64,000 nt of DNA from Macrostomum hystrix (taxonomy: Eukaryota; Animalia; Platyhelminthes), in NCBI GenBank assembly GCA_950097015.1, contig CATNEN010000039.1, forward strand, positions 9,238,001 to 9,302,000, in the 5' to 3' direction. Shown in pieces: positions 25,398 through 37,800 of the stretch (positions are counted from its first letter, which is position 1; every line of letters starts with the position of its first letter). The position numbers were made by a program, and so were the translations under genes. The notes beneath the pieces are model-generated. The model did no database searches. It was not told the origin of the DNA and saw nothing but the letters and a program-made list of their open reading frames with translations.

Positions 25398-25871
25398 ATG
25401 GCCTTGATTTTCTGTGACCTGAAGGCGCCTCGACCAGCCGGTGGGGCGGCCCACCAAGTCCGCTGCATGGTGGCCAGATACGACGTTGAATTGGGCTGCA
25501 TTGTGGCCACGATACCCGCCGATCAGGATAAATTTCTGCGCGACATGCAGGCAAGATTCCAACAAAAGCAACAGCAGCAACAACAGTTGCAGCAGCAGCA
25601 AGCGCCCAAGATCATTACAACCCCGTCTGTGTCGCAGCCTAGGCTTCAGCAGCCGCACGTGATGGTGTACATGCCACCGTCGAGCACAGCGGATCAGCAG
25701 CAGCTGCAGGCATCATATCAGCACCAACGTGTTCTACAGGCGCAGCACCAGCAGCAGCAGCAGCACCAGCAGCAGCAGCAGCAAGGAAAGTTTCTTCCTG
25801 TAAGCATCTCACCGCATGGCTCTGCCACTATCTACGCCTCAGCTACGGGACACCCGATGCAGACAACAGCT
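25398..25871 (+). CDS. MED25: MED25-like exon 4 (ACID C-half plus poly-Q)
   Basis: actcag|MALIF...QVRCMVARYD..LGCIVATIPADQDKFLRDMQ (cf. EVRVLMLLYS..KIFMGLIPYDQSGFVNGIR). Donor gct|gtgagt; alternative in-frame donor cct|gtaagc at 25800. Confidence 0.78.
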
Positions 25872-26243
25872 GTGAGTCTAAGCTCTATCCCGCATATTTC
25901 TCAGAGTTCCGTAGCCGTGTAGTTTATTTGTAGTCTGATAGAAGGCTTTTCAATGTATCGTTTTTTTCCTTCCTTAGTGTCGTTTTTAACTGGATATTTA
26001 TTTGCCTTTTTATCATTTAAATCTGAATTAGATGACAGAGTGTACTCGCAGAAAGTTCGATTCTGAAATGTCAATCATAAAACGGCCTTTTTTAGGGTTC
26101 GTAAATATAAGTAGTGAACGACTTGACAATGCTAAACAAATTTCACACTCACAAATCAGTAAGCTACTCCTAATTACAGTACTAATAGTGGGTGTTGTCG
26201 CCATTTTTATCCTCTGAAATTTTCTCCGTCAACCCGCTTAAAG

Positions 26244-26432
26244 CATTCTCATCAGTACAGCTACTCGCCCTATTACGGCTACGGTCAGTATCCGTACCCG
26301 CCCGCCAATGCCGTTGGCAACGGTGGCGGGTACAGTGGCTCCGAGTTCAATAGCCACTATAGTTATTATCAGAGTCAGCAGCCTCAGCAGCACCAGCTGC
26401 CTGCTGGCTACGGAAACACCGCTGGCGATAAG
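26244..26432 (+). CDS. MED25: MED25-like exon 5 (Y/G/Q/S-rich)
   Basis: ttaaag|HSHQYSYSPYYGYGQYPYPP...YQSQQPQQHQLPAGYGNTAGDK|gtaaca; phase 0 at both ends. Confidence 0.6.
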
Positions 26433-26519
26433 GTAACATAAGCTCGATGTGGCTGACCCATAATAGGCTGTCAGCAACTGATACGAATTTTAGAAGAATC
26501 TTGGTCGCATTAATAACCA

Positions 26520-26856
26520 TTAGAATGGTCCTCTGACCCCTGGAATGATCCTCTGACCCCTGAAATGGTCCTCTGATCCCTAGAATGATCCTCTGACCCC
26601 TGGAATGATCCTCTGACCCCTAGAATGATCCTCTGACCCCTAGAATGATCCTCTGACCCCTAGAATGATCCTCTGACCCATAGAATGGTCCTCTGAGCCC
26701 TAGAATGGTCCTCTGACCCCTAGAATAATCCTCTGACCCATAGAATGGTCCTCTGACCCCTAGAATAATCCTCTGACCCATAGAATGGTCCTCTGATCCC
26801 TAGAATGGTCCTCTGACCCCTGGAATGGTCCTCTGACCCCTGGAATGGTCCTCTGG
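26520..26856. repeat. 20-bp minisatellite (ggtcctctgacccctagaat), ~17 units, MED25 intron 5
   Basis: Directly visible. Confidence 0.95.
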
Positions 26857-27399
26857 CACAGGAATCTTCTGTCTCCCTGTTATAATGTAATTGCTTCTTA
26901 AAGACTTCGTTACAAAATCAAAAGCAAGCTCTTGAACGATTTGTTTTACGAAAATAAAATTGGTAAACGATAAGTTTATAATTGTACTCGTAATTTTTGC
27001 TAAAAAATACTTTTAAATCAGCTGGGGGCATTGCAAGCATTGTTGGGTGTTTGTATATTCTAAAATCGGTTATGGATAAAGTATAAAGCATCAAATTAAA
27101 TATTAGTAGAGGCTGAAACGGTGTCACTGACTCTCAAAAGTAATTGAAATTATGCACTTGTAGTTTTTTGTTCTTTTTTTGTTCTTAAATGTCGTTCATC
27201 CGCTAATCATATAAACTTTAATATCTTATAAGATCTGTGTGCCGGAAAATCATTGAGGTTTACTGGTCCAAAGCACTTCTTAATCATTTCAAATGCTTCC
27301 GTGTTAATTTATACTTGCCTGTTGTCTGTCATTTCATTATAAACTTCAAACTTAACTATTTCTGGTTCTGTGGGTATGTGACTTCTTATGCGTGGGTAT

Positions 27400-28330
27400 G
27401 TAATGTGTGGTCATGTGACCTGTTATGTGTGTTTACATGACCTGTTATGTGTGATTATGTGAGCTGTTATGTGTGATTACATGACCTGTTATGTGTGATT
27501 ACATGACCTGTTATGTGTGGTTATGTGACCTGTTATGTGTGTTTACATGACCTGTTATGTGTGATTATGTGAGCTGTTATGTGTGATTACATGACCTGTT
27601 ATGTGTGATTATGTGACCTGTTATGTGTGGTTATGTGACCTGTTATGTGTGATTACATGACCTGTTATGTGTGATTATGTGACCTGTTATGTGTGATTAC
27701 ATGACCTGTTATGTGTGATTATGTGACCTGTTATGTGTGGTAATGTGACCTGTTATGTGTGATTACATGACCTGTTATGTGTGATTACATGACCTATTAT
27801 GTGTGATTATGTGACCTGTTATGTGTGGTTATGTGACCTGTTATGTGTGATTACATGACCTGTTATGTGTGATTATGTGACCTGTTATGTGTGATTACAT
27901 GACCTGTTATGTGTGATTACATGACCTGTTATGTGTGATTATGTGACCTGTTATGTGTGATTACATGACCTGTTATGTGTGATTATGTGACCTGTTATGT
28001 GTGGTTATGTGACCTGTTATGTGTGATTACATGACCTGTTATGTGTGATTATGTGACCTGTTATGTGTGATTACATGACCTGTTATGTGTGATTATGTGA
28101 CCTGTTATGTGTGATTATGTGACCTGTTATGTGTGGTTACACGACCTGTACATGTGATTTGAGCGTATGTGTGGTCATGTGATACGAGCGTATGTGTGGT
28201 CATGTGATACGAGCGTATGTGTGGTCATGTGATACGAGCGTATGTGTGGTCATGTGATTTGAGCGTATGTATGGTCATGTGATACGAGCGTATGTGTGGT
28301 CATGTGATACGAGCGTATGTCTGGTCAAGT
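27400..28330. repeat. 22-bp array (atgtgtgattacatgacctgtt) followed by a related 25-bp array (gagcgtatgtgtggtcatgtgatac)
   Basis: Directly visible; switch at ~28150. Confidence 0.95.
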
Positions 28331-28642
28331 AACTTTTTACGTGTAATATATAGGGTTTAGAGATAATTTAAACTTTTTTTGTAAGTTTTATAATAAACTA
28401 TTTTGCTGGTAAAATTGAACGGCAATGTTCATTTGGTTTCTACTATTAACCTACCTGATTTGAGTTCAGTTATAACAGTGCTCTGTTATTGTGTTGTCTG
28501 GTTATCGGTTTCGCAGTTCTTTATTCTAACCTACATAATTCATTCATGCTGATACTGAGAGTTCAATTTAATAGCCAAATATCTACCAGTATCTGTCACG
28601 CGTTTTGATTAGTGCATTGTCCATTGTCCGACTGTCCCTCAG

Positions 28643-28792
28643 ACCATGATCATTAATCCGAGTGCCATCAGCTCCGCCGCCGTTGCCTCCTCTGTATCCA
28701 CTGGCGGGCCGCCTCCTGCCAAGGTTAGCCGCATCAGTAATATTGACTCTGCGACCGGCTACCAGCAACAGCAGCAGTCTGGTCCCACTATG
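28643..28792 (+). CDS. MED25: MED25-like exon 6
   Basis: tccctcag|TMIINPSAISS...PPPAKVSR...YQQQQQSGPTM|gtgagc. Confidence 0.65.
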
Positions 28793-28867
28793 GTGAGCCT
28801 AGCTGAGTTAAGTCTGACTCACAATCCTTCTCCAACACGAGATCCACAGGATCACTGAGACTTGATA

Positions 28868-31800
28868 GTCTCTGACCCTTTAGATGTGAGGTCCTCTGAC
28901 TCTTTAGATGTGTTGTCCTCTGACTCTTTAGATGTGTTGTCCTCTGACTCTTTAGATGTGAGGTCCTCTGACTCTTTAGATGTGAGGTCCTCTGACTCTT
29001 TAGATGTGTTGTCCTCTGACTCTTTAGATGTAGGTCATCTGACTCTTTAGATGTGAGGTCCTCTGACTCTTTAGATGTAGGTCCTCTGACTCTTTAGATG
29101 TGTTGTCCTCTGACTCTTTAGATGTAGGTCATCTGACTCTTTAGATGTGTTGTCCTCTGACTCTTTAGATGTAGGTCCTCTGACTCTTTAGATGTGTTGT
29201 CCTCTGACTCTTTAGATGTAGGTCCTCTGACTCTTTAGATGAGATGTCCTCTGACTCTTTAGATGTGTGGTCCTCTGACTCATTAGATGTAGATCCTCTG
29301 ACTCTTTAGATGTAGGTCCTCTGACTCATTAGATGTAGGTCCTCTGACTCTTTAGATGTAGGTCCTCTGACTCTTTAGATGTAGGTCCTCTGACTCTTTA
29401 GATGTAGGTCCTCTGACACTTTAGATGTAGGTCATCTGACTCTTTAGATGTAGGTCCTCTGACTCTTTAGATGTAGGTCATCTGACTCTTTAGATGTGAG
29501 GTCCTCTGACTCTTTAGATGTGTTGTCCTCTGACTCTTTAGATGTGTTGTCCTCTGACTCTTTAGATGTGTTGTCCTCTGACTCATTAGATGTAGATCCT
29601 CTGACTCTTTAGATGTAGGTCCTCTGACTCATTAGATGTAGGTCCTCTGACTCTTTAGATGTAGGTCCTCTGACTCTTTAGATGTAGGTCCTCTGACTCT
29701 TTAGATGTAGGTCATCTGACTCTTTAGATGTGAGGTCCTCTGACTCTTTAGATGTAGGTCATCTGACTCATTAGATGTAGGTCCTCTGACTCTTTAGATG
29801 TAGGTCCTCTGACTCTTTAGATGTAGGTCCTCTGACTCTTTAGATGTAGGTCATCTGACTCTTTAGATGTAGGTCCTCTGACTCTTTAGATGTGTTGTCC
29901 TCTGACTCTTTAGATGTAGGTCCTCTGACTCTTTAGATGTGTTGTCCTCTGACTCTTTAGATGTGTTGTCCTCTGACTCTTTAGATGTGTTGTCCTCTGA
30001 CTCTTTAGATGTGTTGTCCTCTGACTCTTTAGATGTGTTGTCCTCTGACTCTTTAGATGTGTTGTCCTCTGACTCTTTAGATGTGTTGTCCTCTGACTCT
30101 TTAGATGTGTTGTCCTCTGACTCTTTAGATGTAGGTCATCTGACTCTTTAGATGTAGGTCCTCTGACTCTTTAGATGTAGGTCCTCTGACTCTTTAGATG
30201 TAGGTCCTCTGACTCTTTAGATGTAGGTCATCTGACTCTTTAGATGTGTTGTCCTCTGACTCTTTAGATGTAGGTCATCTGACTCTTTAGATGAGATGTC
30301 CTCTGACTCTTTAGATGTAGGTCCTCTGACTCTTTAGATGTAGGTCATCTGACTCTTTAGATGTAGGTCATCTGACTCTTTAGATGTGTGGTCCTCTGAC
30401 TCATTAGATGTAGGTCCTCTGACTCTTTAGATGTAGGTCCTCTGACTCTTTAGATGAGATGTCCTCTGACTCTTTAGATGTGTGGTCCTCTGACTCATTA
30501 GATGTGAGGTCCTCTGACTCATTAGATGTAGGTCCTCTGACTCTTTAGATATGAGGTCCTCTGACTCTTTAGATGTGTGGTCCTCTGACTCTTTAGATGT
30601 AGGTCATCTGACTCTTTAGATGTGTTGTCCTCTGACTCTTTAGATGTAGGTCCTCTGACTCTTTAGATGTGTTGTCCTCTGACTCTTTAGATGTAGGTCC
30701 TCTGACTCTTTAGATGAGATGTCCTCTGACTCTTTAGATGTGTGGTCCTCTGACTCATTAGATGTAGATCCTCTGACTCTTTAGATGTGAGGTCCTCTGA
30801 CTCTTTAGATGTAGGTCCTCTGACTCATTAGATGTAGGTCCTCTGACTCATTAGATGTAGGTCCTCTGACTCTTTAGATGTAGGTCCTCTGACTCTTTAG
30901 ATGTAGGTCCTCTGACTCTTTAGATGTAGGTCATCTGACTCTTTAGATGTAGGTCCTCTGACTCTTTAGATGTAGGTCATCTGACTCTTTAGATGTAGGT
31001 CATCTGACTCTTTAGATGTAGGTCATCTGACTCTTTAGATGTAGGTCCTCTGACTCTTTAGATGTAGGTCCTCTGACTCTTTAGATGTAGATCCTCTGAC
31101 TCATTAGATGTGTGGTCCTCTGACTCATTAGATGTGAGGTGCTCTGACTCTTTAGATGTGTGGTCCTCTGACTCATTAGATGTAGGTCATCTGACTCTTT
31201 AGATGTAGATCCTCTGACTCTTTAGATGTAGATCCTCTGACTCTTTAGATGTGTGGTCCTCTGACTCTTTAGATGTGTGGTCCTCTGACTCTTTAGATGT
31301 AGGTCCTCTGACTCTTTAGATGTGAGGTCCTCTGACTCATTAGATGTAGGTCATCTGACTCTTTAGATGTGTGGTCCTCTGACTCTTTAGATGTGTGGTC
31401 CTCTGACTCTTTAGATGTAGGTCCTCTGACTCTTTAGATGTGAGGTCCTCTGACTCTTTAGATGTGTGGTCCTCTGACTCTTTAGATGTAGGTCCTCTGA
31501 CTCTTTAGATGTAGGTCATCTGACTCTTTAGATGTAGGTCATCTGACTCATTAGATGTGTGGTCCTCTGACTCATTAGATGTGAGGTGCTCTGACTCTTT
31601 AGATGTGTGGTCCTCTGACTCATTAGATGTAGGTCATCTGACTCTTTAGATGTAGATCCTCTGACTCTTTAGATGTAGATCCTCTGACTCTTTAGATGTG
31701 TGGTCCTCTGACTCTTTAGATGTGTGGTCCTCTGACTCTTTAGATGTAGGTCCTCTGACTCTTTAGATGTGAGGTCCTCTGACTCATTAGATGTAGGTCA

Positions 31801-34800
31801 TCTGACTCTTTAGATGTGTGGTCCTCTGACTCTTTAGATGTGTGGTCCTCTGACTCTTTAGATGTAGGTCCTCTGACTCTTTAGATGTGAGGTCCTCTGA
31901 CTCTTTAGATGTGTTGTCCTCTGACTCTTTAGATGTAGGTCATCTGACTCTTTAGATGTGAGGTCCTCTGACTCTTTAGATGTAGGTCCTCTGACTCTTT
32001 AGATGTGTTGTCCTCTGACTCTTTAGATGTAGGTCATCTGACTCTTTAGATGTGTTGTCCTCTGACTCTTTAGATGTAGGTCCTCTGACTCTTTAGATGT
32101 GTTGTCCTCTGACTCTTTAGATGTAGGTCCTCTGACTCTTTAGATGAGATGTCCTCTGACTCTTTAGATGTGTGGTCCTCTGACTCATTAGATGTAGATC
32201 CTCTGACTCTTTAGATGTAGGTCCTCTGACTCATTAGATGTAGGTCCTCTGACTCTTTAGATGTAGGTCCTCTGACTCTTTAGATGTAGGTCCTCTGACT
32301 CTTTAGATGTAGGTCCTCTGACACTTTAGATGTAGGTCATCTGACTCTTTAGATGTAGGTCCTCTGACTCTTTAGATGTAGGTCATCTGACTCTTTAGAT
32401 GTGAGGTCCTCTGACTCTTTAGATGTGTTGTCCTCTGACTCTTTAGATGTGTTGTCCTCTGACTCTTTAGATGTGTTGTCCTCTGACTCATTAGATGTAG
32501 ATCCTCTGACTCTTTAGATGTAGGTCCTCTGACTCATTAGATGTAGGTCCTCTGACTCTTTAGATGTAGGTCCTCTGACTCTTTAGATGTAGGTCCTCTG
32601 ACTCTTTAGATGTAGGTCATCTGACTCTTTAGATGTGAGGTCCTCTGACTCTTTAGATGTAGGTCATCTGACTCATTAGATGTAGGTCCTCTGACTCTTT
32701 AGATGTAGGTCCTCTGACTCTTTAGATGTAGGTCCTCTGACTCTTTAGATGTAGGTCATCTGACTCTTTAGATGTAGGTCCTCTGACTCTTTAGATGTGT
32801 TGTCCTCTGACTCTTTAGATGTAGGTCCTCTGACTCTTTAGATGTGTTGTCCTCTGACTCTTTAGATGTGTTGTCCTCTGACTCTTTAGATGTGTTGTCC
32901 TCTGACTCTTTAGATGTGTTGTCCTCTGACTCTTTAGATGTGTTGTCCTCTGACTCTTTAGATGTGTTGTCCTCTGACTCTTTAGATGTGTTGTCCTCTG
33001 ACTCTTTAGATGTGTTGTCCTCTGACTCTTTAGATGTGTTGTCCTCTGACTCTTTAGATGTGTTGTCCTCTGACTCTTTAGATGTAGGTCATCTGACTCT
33101 TTAGATGTAGGTCCTCTGACTCTTTAGATGTAGGTCCTCTGACTCTTTAGATGTAGGTCCTCTGACTCTTTAGATGTAGGTCATCTGACTCTTTAGATGT
33201 GTTGTCCTCTGACTCTTTAGATGTAGGTCATCTGACTCTTTAGATGTGTTGTCCTCTGACTCTTTAGATGTAGGTCCTCTGACTCTTTAGATGTAGGTCA
33301 TCTGACTCTTTAGATGTAGGTCATCTGACTCTTTAGATGTGTGGTCCTCTGACTCATTAGATGTAGGTCCTCTGACTCTTTAGATGTAGGTCCTCTGACT
33401 CTTTAGATGAGATGTCCTCTGACTCTTTAGATGTGTGGTCCTCTGACTCATTAGATGTGAGGTCCTCTGACTCATTAGATGTAGGTCCTCTGACTCTTTA
33501 GATATGAGGTCCTCTGACTCTTTAGATGTAGGTCCTCTGACTCTTTAGATGTAGGTCCTCTGACTCTTTAGATGTAGGTCCTCTGACACTTTAGATGTAG
33601 GTCATCTGACTCTTTAGATGTAGGTCCTCTGACTCTTTAGATGTAGGTCATCTGACTCTTTAGATGTGAGGTCCTCTGACTCTTTAGATGTGTTGTCCTC
33701 TGACTCTTTAGATGTGTTGTCCTCTGACTCTTTAGATGTGTTGTCCTCTGACTCATTAGATGTAGATCCTCTGACTCTTTAGATGTAGGTCCTCTGACTC
33801 ATTAGATGTAGGTCCTCTGACTCTTTAGATGTAGGTCCTCTGACTCTTTAGATGTAGGTCCTCTGACTCTTTAGATGTAGGTCATCTGACTCTTTAGATG
33901 TGAGGTCCTCTGACTCTTTAGATGTAGGTCATCTGACTCATTAGATGTAGGTCCTCTGACTCTTTAGATGTAGGTCCTCTGACTCTTTAGATGTAGGTCC
34001 TCTGACTCTTTAGATGTAGGTCATCTGACTCTTTAGATGTAGGTCCTCTGACTCTTTAGATGTGTTGTCCTCTGACTCTTTAGATGTAGGTCCTCTGACT
34101 CTTTAGATGTGTTGTCCTCTGACTCTTTAGATGTGTTGTCCTCTGACTCTTTAGATGTGTTGTCCTCTGACTCTTTAGATGTGTTGTCCTCTGACTCTTT
34201 AGATGTGTTGTCCTCTGACTCTTTAGATGTGTTGTCCTCTGACTCTTTAGATGTGTTGTCCTCTGACTCTTTAGATGTGTTGTCCTCTGACTCTTTAGAT
34301 GTGTTGTCCTCTGACTCTTTAGATGTGTTGTCCTCTGACTCTTTAGATGTAGGTCATCTGACTCTTTAGATGTAGGTCCTCTGACTCTTTAGATGTAGGT
34401 CCTCTGACTCTTTAGATGTAGGTCCTCTGACTCTTTAGATGTAGGTCATCTGACTCTTTAGATGTGTTGTCCTCTGACTCTTTAGATGTAGGTCATCTGA
34501 CTCTTTAGATGAGATGTCCTCTGACTCTTTAGATGTAGGTCCTCTGACTCTTTAGATGTAGGTCATCTGACTCTTTAGATGTAGGTCATCTGACTCTTTA
34601 GATGTGTGGTCCTCTGACTCATTAGATGTAGGTCCTCTGACTCTTTAGATGTAGGTCCTCTGACTCTTTAGATGAGATGTCCTCTGACTCTTTAGATGTG
34701 TGGTCCTCTGACTCATTAGATGTGAGGTCCTCTGACTCATTAGATGTAGGTCCTCTGACTCTTTAGATATGAGGTCCTCTGACTCTTTAGATGTGTGGTC

Positions 34801-37800
34801 CTCTGACTCTTTAGATGTAGGTCATCTGACTCTTTAGATGTGTTGTCCTCTGACTCTTTAGATGTAGGTCCTCTGACTCTTTAGATGTGTTGTCCTCTGA
34901 CTCTTTAGATGTAGGTCCTCTGACTCTTTAGATGAGATGTCCTCTGACTCTTTAGATGTGTGGTCCTCTGACTCATTAGATGTAGATCCTCTGACTCTTT
35001 AGATGTGAGGTCCTCTGACTCTTTAGATGTAGGTCCTCTGACTCATTAGATGTAGGTCCTCTGACTCATTAGATGTAGGTCCTCTGACTCTTTAGATGTA
35101 GGTCCTCTGACTCTTTAGATGTAGGTCCTCTGACTCTTTAGATGTAGGTCATCTGACTCTTTAGATGTAGGTCCTCTGACTCTTTAGATGTAGGTCATCT
35201 GACTCTTTAGATGTAGGTCATCTGACTCTTTAGATGTAGGTCATCTGACTCTTTAGATGTAGGTCCTCTGACTCTTTAGATGTAGGTCCTCTGACTCTTT
35301 AGATGTAGATCCTCTGACTCATTAGATGTGTGGTCCTCTGACTCATTAGATGTGAGGTGCTCTGACTCTTTAGATGTGTGGTCCTCTGACTCATTAGATG
35401 TAGGTCATCTGACTCTTTAGATGTAGATCCTCTGACTCTTTAGATGTAGATCCTCTGACTCTTTAGATGTGTGGTCCTCTGACTCTTTAGATGTGTGGTC
35501 CTCTGACTCTTTAGATGTAGGTCCTCTGACTCTTTAGATGTGAGGTCCTCTGACTCATTAGATGTAGGTCATCTGACTCTTTAGATGTGTGGTCCTCTGA
35601 CTCTTTAGATGTGTGGTCCTCTGACTCTTTAGATGTAGGTCCTCTGACTCTTTAGATGTGAGGTCCTCTGACTCTTTAGATGTGTGGTCCTCTGACTCTT
35701 TAGATGTAGGTCCTCTGACTCTTTAGATGTAGGTCATCTGACTCTTTAGATGTAGGTCATCTGACTCTTTAGATGTGTGGTCCTCTGACTCATTAGATGT
35801 AGGTCCTCTGACTCTTTAGATGTAGGTCCTCTGACTCTTTAGATGAGATGTCCTCTGACTCTTTAGATGTAGGTCCTCTGACTCTTTAGATGTAGGTCAT
35901 CTGACTCTTTAGATGTAGGTCATCTGACTCTTTAGATGTAGGTCCTCTGACTCTTTAGATGTAGGTCATCTGACTCTTTAGATGTAGGTCATCTGACTCT
36001 TTAGATGTGTTGTCCTCTGACTCTTTAGATGTAGGTCCTCTGACTCTTTAGATGTGTTGTCCTCTGACTCTTTAGATGTAGGTCCTCTGACTCTTTAGAT
36101 GAGATGTCCTCTGACTCTTTAGATGTGTGGTCCTCTGACTCATTAGATGTAGATCCTCTGACTCTTTAGATGTGAGGTCCTCTGACTCTTTAGATGAGAT
36201 GTCCTCTGACTCTTTAGATGTAGGTCCTCTGACTCTTTAGATGTAGGTCATCTGACTCTTTAGATGTAGGTCATCTGACTCTTTAGATGTGTGGTCCTCT
36301 GACTCATTAGATGTGAGGTCCTCTGACTCTTTAGATGTAGGTCATCTGACTCTTTAGATGTAGGTCCTCTGACTCTTTAGATGTGTTGTCCTCTGACTCT
36401 TTAGATGTAGGTCCTCTGACTCTTTAGATGTGTTGTCCTCTGACTCTTTAGATGTGTTGTCCTCTGACTCTTTAGATGTGTTGTCCTCTGACTCTTTAGA
36501 TGTGTTGTCCTCTGACTCTTTAGATGTGTTGTCCTCTGACTCTTTAGATGTGTTGTCCTCTGACTCTTTAGATGTGTTGTCCTCTGACTCTTTAGATGTG
36601 TTGTCCTCTGACTCTTTAGATGTAGGTCATCTGACTCTTTAGATGTAGGTCCTCTGACTCTTTAGATGTAGGTCCTCTGACTCTTTAGATGTAGGTCCTC
36701 TGACTCTTTAGATGTAGGTCATCTGACTCATTAGATGTAGGTCCTCTGACTCTTTAGATGTAGGTCCTCTGACTCTTTAGATGTAGGTCCTCTGACTCTT
36801 TAGATGTAGGTCATCTGACTCTTTAGATGTAGGTCCTCTGACTCTTTAGATGTGTTGTCCTCTGACTCTTTAGATGTAGGTCCTCTGACTCTTTAGATGT
36901 GTTGTCCTCTGACTCTTTAGATGTGTTGTCCTCTGACTCTTTAGATGTGTTGTCCTCTGACTCTTTAGATGTGTTGTCCTCTGACTCTTTAGATGTGTTG
37001 TCCTCTGACTCTTTAGATGTGTTGTCCTCTGACTCTTTAGATGTGTTGTCCTCTGACTCTTTAGATGTGTTGTCCTCTGACTCTTTAGATGTGTTGTCCT
37101 CTGACTCTTTAGATGTGTTGTCCTCTGACTCTTTAGATGTAGGTCATCTGACTCTTTAGATGTAGGTCCTCTGACTCTTTAGATGTAGGTCCTCTGACTC
37201 TTTAGATGTAGGTCCTCTGACTCTTTAGATGTAGGTCATCTGACTCTTTAGATGTGTTGTCCTCTGACTCTTTAGATGTAGGTCATCTGACTCTTTAGAT
37301 GTGTTGTCCTCTGACTCTTTAGATGTAGGTCCTCTGACTCTTTAGATGTAGGTCATCTGACTCTTTAGATGTGTGGTCCTCTGACTCATTAGATGTAGGT
37401 CCTCTGACTCTTTAGATGTAGGTCCTCTGACTCTTTAGATGAGATGTCCTCTGACTCTTTAGATGTGTGGTCCTCTGACTCATTAGATGTGAGGTCCTCT
37501 GACTCATTAGATGTAGGTCCTCTGACTCTTTAGATATGAGGTCCTCTGACTCTTTAGATGTAGGTCCTCTGACTCTTTAGATGTAGGTCCTCTGACTCTT
37601 TAGATGTAGGTCCTCTGACACTTTAGATGTAGGTCATCTGACTCTTTAGATGTAGGTCCTCTGACTCTTTAGATGTAGGTCATCTGACTCTTTAGATGTG
37701 AGGTCCTCTGACTCTTTAGATGTGTTGTCCTCTGACTCTTTAGATGTGTTGTCCTCTGACTCTTTAGATGTGTTGTCCTCTGACTCATTAGATGTAGATC

